Shown here: positions 43,122-52,491 of the stretch, piece by piece
Position numbering within the stretch: the stretch's first letter is position 1
Layout of the letters: every line of letters begins with the position of its first letter
NCBI GenBank assembly: GCA_002796245.1
Contig: PCWT01000048.1
Coordinates: 71,858-135,857, forward strand
Direction: 5' to 3'
Source: Gammaproteobacteria bacterium CG11_big_fil_rev_8_21_14_0_20_46_22
GTDB taxonomy: Bacteria; Pseudomonadota; Gammaproteobacteria; UBA12402
Length of the DNA stretch: 64,000 nucleotides
Notes under the pieces: generated by a model
What the model was told of the DNA's origin: nothing
The model's database searches: none
What the model saw: the letters and a program-made list of their open reading frames with translations, nothing else
Position numbers and translations under genes: made by a program

Positions 43122-44963
43122 TTACGGCTGTAAGTTCGTAACCGCAATACCCACACCACCTAAGCCCACGTGCGTGGCAACGACGGGGGTGAGCTCAACG
43201 ATGCTAGGCAGTGTTTGAAGGTTGAAGCGTTTTTGCAGTGTTTGCGCCACCTTTAATGCATCATCGTACGCGCCCACGTGGCTAATGATAAAGCTTGGGT
43301 GTCGCATGGTCTCCGCGACTTTTGAAGCAAGATTCACAATTTTACGGCGGCTAAGGGTGGTGCCCAGCGCCATACCGGCTTTCACAATTTTGCCTTCTGC
43401 GTCAAAGTGCATCACAGGTTTCAAATTTAAGGTGTCGACGATGATGCCAGTCGAGCGTTTCACCCGACCGCCTTTAACGGCGTACTTCATGGTTTTAAAG
43501 CTGATAAATTGTTGTGTTTGCGCGGCCGTATATTCTGCAATACGCACCACTTCGTCAGCGCTTTTACCTTCAGCCGCTGCGCGCGCGGCTGCAAGCACGA
43601 CCAAGCCTTGGCCACCGGCTGCACTTTTGCTGTCAATCACATGGATATCCGCTTCAGCATAGCGTTCGCGTAAGCGTTTTAGGCTGTTGTAGGTGCCGCT
43701 AATACCGCTGGACAAGGGGATCATCACGATCGAGTCAGCTTGTCTTAGGCCTTTGTCGAAAGCGATTTTCATGTCGGGCAATGCAGCTTGTGAGGTGCTC
43801 ACGCGCGCATCACTGTCGTCTAAGTGTTTAAAGAATTGTTCGCGCGTGATGTTCACGCCATCAAGATACGGTTGGTTATTCACCATGACTTGCAACGGCA
43901 TAATGGTGATGTTGTATTTCACGAATAACTCTTGCGGTAAGCCGCAGGCGGAGTCGGTGAGTATCGCCACTTTTTTATTCATGTGCCAATTGATCGAAGC
44001 GCGGTACTGCGCCCACATATCATCGGCTTTGGTTTCCAAGAGCTCGCCGTATTCGCCGGCTTTGCGAAAGACTTTTTCGGGCGCGTTCGTGTGCACGTGA
44101 ATTTTCACTTTATGATCATTACCCACAACCACCAATGAATTACCCCAGCGTGCCATCTCTGAGCGGATCGCTTTGATGTTGAGATTTTTACCGTGGATGA
44201 TGCATTCGGTGCAGTATTGGTTAATCAGGTTAGACGCATTATCCACGTGGTTTTCGTGGTGGCTCATATGAATGTCAGCGTCGTTGTCGACTTGAACGGC
44301 TTCTTCATGGTTTTCTTCATCGAGGTTTTCGACGTTGATGTGGTCGATATGGCCGATGGTCAGAAAATCGTTCATGCCTTGCAAGAAATGCACGAAACCC
44401 TGCGCGCCCGCGTCCACCACGTGGTTGCGAGAGAGGATTTCAAGCTGTTCCGGTGTGTGAGCCAATGAGCGCTCAGCTTCGCCTAGGCTTTCAGGCAATA
44501 ATTCGTGGATATCGCTAAAACCATGGTGATGAGCCAAAAGCCAAGCGCCCCAGTCATGCATGACGGTGATGATGGTGCCTTCCACGGGGTTTTCAATCGC
44601 TTCGCGGGCGGATTGAGCGGCGTGTGCGGCTGTTTTGGCAAAAAGTGATACAGGGATTGCGGCCTCAGACTTAAAGCAGTCGTTTAAGCCTTGGAAGAAT
44701 TGCGCGAGGATGGAGCCTGAATTGCCCAGCGCGCCGTTAATCGCTGCCTCGGCCATTTTTCGGCTCAATTGGCCGATATTTGCATCAGTTTCCGGCTTAA
44801 TCGCGTTGGCGATACTGGAAAAGGTATAGGCCATATTGCTGCCCGTGTCCCCATCGGGCACCGGAAAGACGTTGATTTTGTTGATGTCGGCTTGCTTGCT
44901 GATCACCCGATTCGCACCGGCTAAGATCATGTTGCGGTATAACGCGCCATCAATCATCGTCAT
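43122..44963 (-). CDS. DAK2-domain (YloV-like) / DegV-family fusion protein.
   Basis: N-terminal DAK2 fold (DGDTGSNM) and C-terminal DegV-like fatty-acid-binding region (VAILTDSACGLPQEL). Confidence 0.8.
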   Translation of the reverse strand: MTMIDGALYRNMILAGANRVISKQADINKINVFPVPDGDTGSNMAYTFSSIANAIKPETDANIGQLSRKMAEAAINGALGNSGSILAQFFQGLNDCFKSEAAIPVSLFAKTAAHAAQSAREAIENPVEGTIITVMHDWGAWLLAHHHGFSDIHELLPESLGEAERSLAHTPEQLEILSRNHVVDAGAQGFVHFLQGMNDFLTIGHIDHINVENLDEENHEEAVQVDNDADIHMSHHENHVDNASNLINQYCTECIIHGKNLNIKAIRSEMARWGNSLVVVGNDHKVKIHVHTNAPEKVFRKAGEYGELLETKADDMWAQYRASINWHMNKKVAILTDSACGLPQELFVKYNITIMPLQVMVNNQPYLDGVNITREQFFKHLDDSDARVSTSQAALPDMKIAFDKGLRQADSIVMIPLSSGISGTYNSLKRLRERYAEADIHVIDSKSAAGGQGLVVLAAARAAAEGKSADEVVRIAEYTAAQTQQFISFKTMKYAVKGGRVKRSTGIIVDTLNLKPVMHFDAEGKIVKAGMALGTTLSRRKIVNLASKVAETMRHPSFIISHVGAYDDALKVAQTLQKRFNLQTLPSIVELTPVVATHVGLGGVGIAVTNLQP

Positions 44964-45070
44964 AAGCTATCCTTTAGGCCATTAAAAGATTGCCCATTCT
45001 ATAAGTGAATGGGCGAAGGTCAAGGGATTTTGGTTTGGATGGGTATTTCATCGACCCAAAATGATGGCGT

Positions 45071-45577
45071 TTAGCTTGTGTGGCTTGGCCCTTCAAAGGT
45101 TTGGGTTTCTCCGCCGCCTTCAGCACGCTCGGAGTTCAGTTGGTCCAGTTCAAACACTCTGTCACCAAGCGCTTGCCTCGCTAGCTGTCTCCCACTAGTT
45201 GGGCAGCCGCAGTGTAAGATGTCTGAGTTCCGTGCTAGCAGTTCAGATAAGGAATAACCTGCAGGCTTTTGGATATCTCTTGGCCCTGTAGGGTTTAAGG
45301 GGTCGAGCGGCAGGCTGGGTGGTGCGGAGTTTGTTCGGTCTCTGTCGCCTTCGGTCAATTGATCTGCGCTGGTCATTGCGGAGAGTTCTGTCGCAGAGGA
45401 GTCGTGCCGTGCTGGTTGACTTTGAACCTCACTAACCCCATCATCGTCAAACTCATCATCGTCGTTTTGGTCGTCAAGAACAGAGTCGCCATCTGCTGTA
45501 GCTGTTGTTTTCTGGCTTTCTTTATCATCGCCAAAAACCTCATCGAAATCAAACTCATCACCGTCTTGAAACGCCAT
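45071..45577 (-). CDS. Highly acidic, low-complexity hypothetical protein (168 aa).
   Basis: Good RBS (AAGGAGAAgaacaATG). Asp/Glu-rich N-terminus (DEFDFDE, DDDEFDDD). Confidence 0.45.
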   Translation of the reverse strand: MAFQDGDEFDFDEVFGDDKESQKTTATADGDSVLDDQNDDDEFDDDGVSEVQSQPARHDSSATELSAMTSADQLTEGDRDRTNSAPPSLPLDPLNPTGPRDIQKPAGYSLSELLARNSDILHCGCPTSGRQLARQALGDRVFELDQLNSERAEGGGETQTFEGPSHTS

Positions 45578-45687
45578 TGTTCTTCTCCTTTCTTTTGTTT
45601 ATTTATTTAGCCACTATAAGGTACCTTTGCTTAAAAAACTATTAACACCACAAAAAAATTATCCAAAGCAGCCTCGGCCGTATTAGA

Positions 45688-46338
45688 ATGGCTAGCATGA
45701 AAGAAAACCCTTATGTGCTTACAGGCCCGCTCGATCTTCGAAACTGCGATGTTGCGCGCTATTTACCGTATTTAAGCGACGATGAGCACGAAAAGCAGCA
45801 GCGTTTTCGCACGCAAGCCTTGCAGGATCACTATGTCCTGTCCCGCGGCATACTGCGTGAGACCTTGGGCCAGGCTTTGGGTCGTGCGCCAGAGCGTTTA
45901 ACCTTTGCCTACGGTGAGCACGGCAAACCGTATTTGCCTGATCGTGGTATCGAGTTTAACCTCTCCCACAGCCACGACTATCTATTGATAGGTTTGAGCG
46001 ATCAGCCGATTGGGGTGGATGTGGAGCATGAGCGCGCAAGCTTAGAGCCTATGAGTTTAGCCCAGCGCTTTTTTGCCGATAGTGAAATCGCCTGGCTTGA
46101 GAGTCTGCCCGAGTCAGACGTATTACGCGGTTTTTACCAATTGTGGGTGTGTAAAGAAGCGGTGATTAAAGCCATCGGTGTCGGCTTAAACGCTTCGCTG
46201 AAAGACATAGAAATTGCGATAGAAGACGGCCCAGCCCGCTTGCTGAACACGCCTGAAAATGGCGAAGGTTTGTGTGTGCAATTGATCGATGCGCCTGTGG
46301 GGTATCACGCTGCGGTGTGTTTCACGCATCGGTTTTAG
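45688..46338 (+). CDS. 4'-phosphopantetheinyl transferase (Sfp/EntD type).
   Basis: GKPYLP...FNLSHS and WVCKEAVIKAIGVG motifs. Confidence 0.85.
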   Translation: MASMKENPYVLTGPLDLRNCDVARYLPYLSDDEHEKQQRFRTQALQDHYVLSRGILRETLGQALGRAPERLTFAYGEHGKPYLPDRGIEFNLSHSHDYLLIGLSDQPIGVDVEHERASLEPMSLAQRFFADSEIAWLESLPESDVLRGFYQLWVCKEAVIKAIGVGLNASLKDIEIAIEDGPARLLNTPENGEGLCVQLIDAPVGYHAAVCFTHRF

Positions 46339-46397
46339 GTTTTTGTTTTAGATTCCAAGTGTTTTGATACGGCTCGCTTTTTTTGGTCTCTCGTTTC

Positions 46398-46599
46398 TCT
46401 TCTGCAGGGACGCTTTTCGCCATCCCTGGCCGCTCCCTTCCGGCATCCATGCCTCCAGAGGCCCTGCAGAAGAAAAACCCTCGTCCAAAGCAGCGAGCGC
46501 ATGAACGCATTGTGGGGTAGGGTTTTCAGGGCCTGCGATACACGGACGTAAGGGAGCGGGAAGGCAGGAGCCTGTTCCTGAAAAGCCTACCCCACGATG
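46398..46599. repeat. Structured intergenic element. It holds a 12-bp perfect inverted repeat (46398-46409 / 46462-46473) and a 23-bp (21/23 match) inverted repeat (46508-46530 / 46577-46599).
   Basis: Reverse complements were checked. It lies between the convergent PPTase and djlA genes. The overlapping small ORFs look spurious. Confidence 0.4.
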
Positions 46600-46749
46600 C
46601 GATGTGCGAGCGGTGTTAAAGTATCGGGGCCAAAAAAGGCGGGCGACAGTGAGCGCGGGAATTTTGTTTATTGGTGTAGAGATTGCCGCGTCGCTACGCT
46701 CCTCGCAAAGACGGTTGCTGCAAAAAGCGGTTGCTCGATAAAACAGTGG

Positions 46750-47568
46750 CTACCAAGACTTTTCCTGGCAAATCTGCTCGTAAGCGGCTTTGATCTTTTG
46801 CGCTTTTTCGGTGGCGGCTTGCATTTCTGCTTCCGATAAACCTTTAGACATCAATTTATCGGGGTGATATTGGCTCATGAGCTTTCGGTAGGCGCGTTTC
46901 ACATCGTTTTTATTCGCATCTTGGTTAACGCCTAAAATTTTATAGGCCTCGTTAATTGAGGTGGTATAGCGTTGTTGAAACCCACTGCCTTGTTGGTGTT
47001 GATAACCACCTCGTCGTGCTTGCTCAAAATGCGCTTTCCAGCCGAACATTAAATCGTAGTAGGCAAAATTTAAGGGGCCTAGGCCTGTGATGGCTGCGAT
47101 GTCTTGCAGTAAGGGTTTGAGTTGGGGATTGAGCATGCCGTTGATGTAACACAGTCTTGCCTGGATATTGATAAATTGCGCGAGCATGCGTGGTCGGTGA
47201 CCGTAATGTTGGCGAAGTTTTTTCAACACTTCGTAGCGATCAAATTCTTGGTTTTTGCCTTGGTAAAATAAACGCATGGCCTCTTCGGTTTGGCGTGGGC
47301 TTAGGTGCCAGTGTTTCATCACTTGGCGTGCGTATTGAATTTCTTTGTCAGAAACTTGACCATCAGCTTTGGATAGATAACCCATAATGAGAAAAGTGGC
47401 TTCGAAAAACGCTTGGTTAGCCTGACGATTGCCAAAAGCCATGGGCCTGCCACGATCGATCATAAAGCCGATGATTAAACCAAATACCAAGCCTACGGGG
47501 CCAAAGATTAAGCCGATTAAACCGCAGATCAACATGGCTTTGTGACGGTAGAATAACGCGTTGAGCAT
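46750..47568 (-). CDS. djlA: Co-chaperone DjlA (membrane-anchored J-domain protein).
   Basis: N-terminal TM segment, TerB-like middle, and a C-terminal J domain (YRKLMSQYHPDK). Confidence 0.85.
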   Translation of the reverse strand: MLNALFYRHKAMLICGLIGLIFGPVGLVFGLIIGFMIDRGRPMAFGNRQANQAFFEATFLIMGYLSKADGQVSDKEIQYARQVMKHWHLSPRQTEEAMRLFYQGKNQEFDRYEVLKKLRQHYGHRPRMLAQFINIQARLCYINGMLNPQLKPLLQDIAAITGLGPLNFAYYDLMFGWKAHFEQARRGGYQHQQGSGFQQRYTTSINEAYKILGVNQDANKNDVKRAYRKLMSQYHPDKLMSKGLSEAEMQAATEKAQKIKAAYEQICQEKSW

Positions 47569-47647
47569 GTTTAGTTATTAATATCATTTTCAAAAGCTGG
47601 TATATTCTAGCAGATTTTGGAAAATAAGACACTTCTTGGGTTAAATA

Positions 47648-48934
47648 ATGCGCATGCTTTATAATGTTTTGGTCAACCTCATCGCCCCGTTGGCGATTTT
47701 ACGCTTGTATTGGCGTGCACGCCACGCGCCCGACTATAAGCGCCGCATTCGCGAACGTTTTGCCCATTTTGACATCCCTAAAGAGAAGCAACACGGTATT
47801 TGGGTGCATGCGGTCTCGGTGGGCGAAGTGCTCGCCTCACAACCTTTGATTCAAGCGTTAATTAAAGAATACCCGAGTACGCCGATTATCGTGACGTGCA
47901 TGACGCCGACGGGGTCTGAGCGCATTAAATTTAATTTGCCCCCTGAAGTGTTCCATGTCTACGCACCTTACGATATCGCGCGAGTCGTTGGCCACTTTTT
48001 GGATAAAGTGCAGCCTGAATTGTGTATTCTCATGGAAACTGAGCTATGGCCGAACATTTTGCGTGTCTGCCGCGCGAGAAACATTCCCACGTTTTTGGCC
48101 AATGCTCGCCTATCCGCTCGATCTGCTCGTGGTTATGGGTTACCCGTGGTCAAATCGATGACGCGCTCTATGCTGCAAGATATTTCTTTAATTGCTGCAC
48201 AAGCGAAAGCGGATGCCAATCGTTTTATTGAGCTGGGCGCTAAACCGGATAAGGTTCACGCTGTGGGCAATATGAAGTTTGATTTTACTTTGCCGCAAAG
48301 TGTGCGTGAAACGGCGGATATGTTGCGCAGTGATTTGGGTAGTTCGCGCGCGGTCTGGATTGCCGCCAGTACGCATGAGGGTGAAGATGAGTTGGTGTTA
48401 CGCGCACATAAAAAAGTGTGCGAGCAACACCCGGACAGCTTGTTGATCTTGGTGCCGCGTCACCCCGAGCGCTTTGATAAGGTGTTTCATTTGTGTGAAA
48501 AACAAGGCTTTAACACCTTGCGTCGTAGCCAATCTTTGCCTTGTTTGCCTGAGCACCAAATCTACTTGGGTGATACCATGGGCGAGCTGCGCATGCTTTT
48601 GGGTGCTGCTGATGTCGCCTTTATTGGCGGCAGCCTCGTTCCCACGGGCGGGCACAATATGCTGGAAGCGGCTTTGTATGGCATGCCGATTTTAACGGGT
48701 CCGAACACGTTTAATTTTGCTGAAGTCACGGAGCTTTTGCTTGATGCTGGCGGCATGGTGCAAGTGCCTGATTGGCGTGGGCTGGCTGATACCTTGAGTG
48801 CTTGGTTGGCCGATGCCAACCTTCGTATGAGTGTTGGCCAGAAAGCCCTACATGTCATTGAAAATAATCGTGGTGCGCTGGATCGGCACATGCGATTACT
48901 TCAAACCATTTTGCCCGAGAAAGTCGGGCGCTGA
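47648..48934 (+). CDS. waaA: 3-deoxy-D-manno-octulosonic acid (Kdo) transferase.
   Basis: Conserved WaaA N-terminus (LYWRARHAPDY...GIWVHAVSVGEV) and a GT-B C-terminal half. Confidence 0.92.
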   Translation: MRMLYNVLVNLIAPLAILRLYWRARHAPDYKRRIRERFAHFDIPKEKQHGIWVHAVSVGEVLASQPLIQALIKEYPSTPIIVTCMTPTGSERIKFNLPPEVFHVYAPYDIARVVGHFLDKVQPELCILMETELWPNILRVCRARNIPTFLANARLSARSARGYGLPVVKSMTRSMLQDISLIAAQAKADANRFIELGAKPDKVHAVGNMKFDFTLPQSVRETADMLRSDLGSSRAVWIAASTHEGEDELVLRAHKKVCEQHPDSLLILVPRHPERFDKVFHLCEKQGFNTLRRSQSLPCLPEHQIYLGDTMGELRMLLGAADVAFIGGSLVPTGGHNMLEAALYGMPILTGPNTFNFAEVTELLLDAGGMVQVPDWRGLADTLSAWLADANLRMSVGQKALHVIENNRGALDRHMRLLQTILPEKVGR

Positions 48935-49126
48935 GTATTTCAGTCATTTTGCTTGGTGTGAAAAGCTTGGGGCTCGATATACTGAAGTCTGCGGGCTTTA
49001 GGCAAAAGGGTATTTCATGAAAGAGGTTGCACGTTGGATTTTTGTCGCTATCCCTTTTTTGCTATGACAAAAACGATTGACATGATTCCGCCGTATAACC
49101 CGTTTGCTTAATTCTTTTTTACCGCC

Positions 49127-50482
49127 TTGCCTCTGTGCTTTTGTGGCAAACGCCCTAAGCTCAACCAATCCACTGTTTTGGCCGCGGTGACGCTAACAAC
49201 ACGCTACACGGATGAAACATTTTATGAGGATATTTTTCGTGTTGAGCCGGGATGTGCGGTCTATTTAACGCGAAAAGGCGAGCTGAGGAAGACGCGGTAT
49301 TGGGCGTTAGACCCCGAGGTTCATGACTTAAAAATTTCTAGTGATAAATCTTGTTTAAGTCGATTTTCTGATTTGCTAGAAGAGTCTTTGCTTTATTACA
49401 CGAACGGTGTCGAAGACGGCCTGGCTGGTGAGTTGAGCGGTGGTTTGGATTCTTCAACGATACTAACTGCCGCGAAAGCGCTCGGTTTAAATTACCCTTT
49501 ATTTATGCATGTTGCGCCAGAGCCAGAAAACAACACAACAGGTCAATAAGATGATAGTGATTTGGCAAGGCTTCTCTTAAAGCAGCTTGGTATAAATGCT
49601 ATTTCATTTGTTGGTTCACGGGGTTTTGATCTAATAAAAGAGCTGCGTTACTGTTCAGAGGTCTTTGCCGGGTTACCTGCATTTTTGTTACCCATGTTTA
49701 CCCAAAATACCAATCATGCAGTTTTACAAGCGGGTAAGCGCATTGTGCTATCAGGCACTGGTGGGGATGAGTGTGTTTCCTCGCGTGCTCCAGCGACTTG
49801 TTCTCATGCGAGTACTTTTCGGCAGCAAGGTCTAGCTGTTGTTTGGCGACAATTTTTTCACGAGCACAGAAACTGTCTTTTATCATTAAGTACATTAAAA
49901 AAGGCAGAAAAGTTGTTCAAAGCGATGCATCCGGCGATCTTCTTTGTCTTGACTCGGGTTGAAACGGCTAGTTCGCCGATAAAAAGCTTGCTAAAAGAAA
50001 ACGTTCGTCACACACCGATTTTTTACAAAAAAGGTTATTATAAAAGCGTCCGTGCTTATGAGTGGGATCATCTACAGGGCTCTAGAAGTGATACATTGCG
50101 TTGGCGTATCGAGTATCACGCCATGTTGGGCGACCACCAGGGGCTGGAGTACCGTTATCCTTTGCTTTACCCTAAGCTTGTCGAGTTCTGTTTTCATCTG
50201 CCTGAGAAATTTAAGCGACGAGATAGAGTTGGGCGCTATCTCGTGCGTGAATACTTAAAGGCTCGGGGTGTACCCCAGCCTGTTTATTCAAAGACTCAAA
50301 AAACGGGCGCCAGTATTCCTGCCACGATTGAAACGGCTTTTCAGTACTTGCGTGATCCTATCGTTAGGCAAGGGTTAAAAGACCTACCTTGGTTCAAAAA
50401 AGCCCGACGAAAAACAGCTCACGAGGAGCTGATCGCTTGGGTCTATTGCTACATGCTTAATCACTACCCAAAAAAGCATTAA
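49127..50482 (+). pseudogene. Disrupted paralog of the AsnB-family PP-loop synthetase at 52492. It lacks the first ~85 aa and has an in-frame TAA at 49547-49549 where the intact copy has GTG (Val).
   Basis: The two ORFs 49127..49549 and 49562..50482 are in the same frame. They align colinearly with the 52492 protein (SGGLDSS, YPLLYPKLVEFCFHLP... ~75% identity in that stretch). Confidence 0.7.
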
Positions 50483-50536
50483 TTGCTGAGCCAGCTTCGC
50501 TTTGCTACACTTCGCCTAAAAAGCGAGAAAGAATCT

Positions 50537-51304
50537 GTGAAATACATTGCCAAAAAGCCCGGTCCGGATGGAACAATTCCTTTTACACCAGATGAGCATA
50601 ACGTTTGGAAAGTACTCATCGCGCGCCAGCAAAAAACGATTGTCAACCGAGCTTGCCCTGAATTTTTTGAGGGCATTGCCACGCTTGGCCTGTCAGAAAA
50701 TCAGATTCCGAGCCTTTTAGACCTTTCAGATCGCCTTAGTGTCACTGGCTGGAAAGTGACTCCTGTCGATGGCACGATACAAGTCGATGAATTTTTTGCC
50801 ATGCTCGCACGCCGTGAATTTCCGGTGGCGACCTTTATTCGCGTGATGGAAGAGCTCGATTACCTGCAGCAGCCCGATATTTTTCATGAAATTTTTGGCC
50901 ACTGCCCGATGCTCACCAACCCCGCTTATGCGGATTTCGTGCAATGGTACGGCGAGTTTGCTTCAAGCCTTAATCATCAATTACGTACTATTTTAAGCCG
51001 CTTGTTTTGGTTTACGATTGAGTTTGGTTTGGTGAAAACCGAGGCTGGCCTTCGTGTGTATGGCGGTGGTATTTTGTCTTCACATCAAGAAACGATCTAT
51101 GCTTTGGAAGATTCATGCCCGACGCGTAAGTCTTTCAATTTGCACGAAGTGCTGTTGACGAAATATTTCTATGACCGTATTCAGGATCGTTACTTTGTGA
51201 TCGACTCACTGGAAAGTCTGTATAAAATGATGGACGAGAAGATTTTGAGAGAAGCACTGGATGAAATCAAAGTGCGGCAAGACCGCCCATTTATCACATG
51301 TTAA
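50537..51304 (+). CDS. phhA: Phenylalanine-4-hydroxylase. A GTG at 50537 is the likeliest start; the listed ORF begins at a TTG at 50483.
   Basis: ATFIRxxEELDYLQxPDIFHExFGHCPxLTNP iron-binding motif, colinear with bacterial PhhA. Confidence 0.9.
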   Translation: MKYIAKKPGPDGTIPFTPDEHNVWKVLIARQQKTIVNRACPEFFEGIATLGLSENQIPSLLDLSDRLSVTGWKVTPVDGTIQVDEFFAMLARREFPVATFIRVMEELDYLQQPDIFHEIFGHCPMLTNPAYADFVQWYGEFASSLNHQLRTILSRLFWFTIEFGLVKTEAGLRVYGGGILSSHQETIYALEDSCPTRKSFNLHEVLLTKYFYDRIQDRYFVIDSLESLYKMMDEKILREALDEIKVRQDRPFITC

Positions 51305-51401
51305 TACGTGTCATTTTAAGCGCGCTATTACCTCTACTGTTATTCCTGTGCTTACCGTCATTCCCGCGCAGGCGGGAATCCATTAAATTAAGGAGTTCAC
51401 C

Positions 51402-51728
51402 ATGAGCAAAACGATACACTGTGTGGGCTGCGAAGGCGGCATAGAGGCCTTGCCAGAGTCTGAAATTCAGGCGCGCATCGCACAATATCCGGATTGGCGC
51501 TATGACGCTGGCAAACGTCGCCTGACGAAAACCATCGAGTTCAAAGGCTTTTTAAAAACCATGAGTTTTGTCAACGCCGTGGCCTGGATGGCCAATCGCG
51601 AAATGCACCACCCTGATCTTGAAGTGAGTTTTAACCGCTGCATCGTGCACTTTCAAACCCACGCGGTGGATGGCGTGACTGAGAACGATTTTATTTGTGT
51701 GGAAAAAGTGGAAGCCTTGCTCGACTAG
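51402..51728 (+). CDS. phhB: Pterin-4a-carbinolamine dehydratase.
   Basis: PCD-fold motifs (FxxAVAWxAxxExHHPD). RBS AGGAG. Confidence 0.9.
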   Translation: MSKTIHCVGCEGGIEALPESEIQARIAQYPDWRYDAGKRRLTKTIEFKGFLKTMSFVNAVAWMANREMHHPDLEVSFNRCIVHFQTHAVDGVTENDFICVEKVEALLD

Positions 51729-51814
51729 GTGTTTTTTACGGAGATAAAAAAGCTTGGCAATCGCAATATTTTTTGGGTAGACTTGGTGCCCAAGTTAGCA
51801 CAAGGAGTGAGGCC

Positions 51815-52300
51815 ATGAAGTCCTTTCTGTTTTCAAAAAAATCTGCGTTGATTTCAATTGCCTTGCTGGGAAACGCTGCTTATGGTGTCACGGTAAATAA
51901 TTTATTTTCTCCTTCGGCAGAGAATAGCGTGGGCTGTACTGTTATTATTGGGAACAGTCCGTCGGGGTCCAAAACGGTGACATCAACTCGGGTTACCCCA
52001 TATAGTGACGCAAACTGTGTTACTGCAATATCTGGGGGGCAGAGAAATGTGGGGGCAACTCCCGCTGCGACATTTTCTTCTGGTACAACTAGGCGCTGTA
52101 ATGCAGCATCGTTATACGCCATTTTGGCAATTGCTGGTGGTACTCCAACAAATGCGCGCTCCGTTTTTATTGAGCCACTGGATGGGGTCAATCCAATTTG
52201 GGGCGGTACTGGAGGAGCTTGCTTTAACGTTAGCTGTACTTTAGGCTCTCCTAATCAGTGCACATCAGCAGACGTGGGTAACGTTGCTAATGCATCTTGA
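51815..52300 (+). CDS. Secreted Gly/Ser/Thr-rich protein with 6 Cys (161 aa). The start is taken at MKSFLF.
   Basis: RBS AAGGAG, and a signal peptide MKSFLFSKKSALISIALLGNAAYG. No recognisable family. Confidence 0.55.
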   Translation: MKSFLFSKKSALISIALLGNAAYGVTVNNLFSPSAENSVGCTVIIGNSPSGSKTVTSTRVTPYSDANCVTAISGGQRNVGATPAATFSSGTTRRCNAASLYAILAIAGGTPTNARSVFIEPLDGVNPIWGGTGGACFNVSCTLGSPNQCTSADVGNVANAS

Positions 52301-52491
52301 TTTGTTTGTTGTGCAATTTCTTAGAGATTTAAGCCGTGAAAAAAACCCCTACTTACACTAACCTGATCGATTTTTCTTTAGAAAGAAAAGACTGTTGGGT
52401 AAGGCCGCATCTTCTTGTTGTATCGGTTTCAAATGTTACTCAGGGCGGTGACGGCGGTGGTGACGAAGTCAATGGTATGTGGAGCTAGTCT

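Noticed and set aside
46322-46839. ORFs 46322..46510 (-) and 46597..46839 (+).
   Set aside because: They lie entirely within the inverted-repeat-rich intergenic element and have Arg/Gly-rich composition typical of GC-rich repeat translation.
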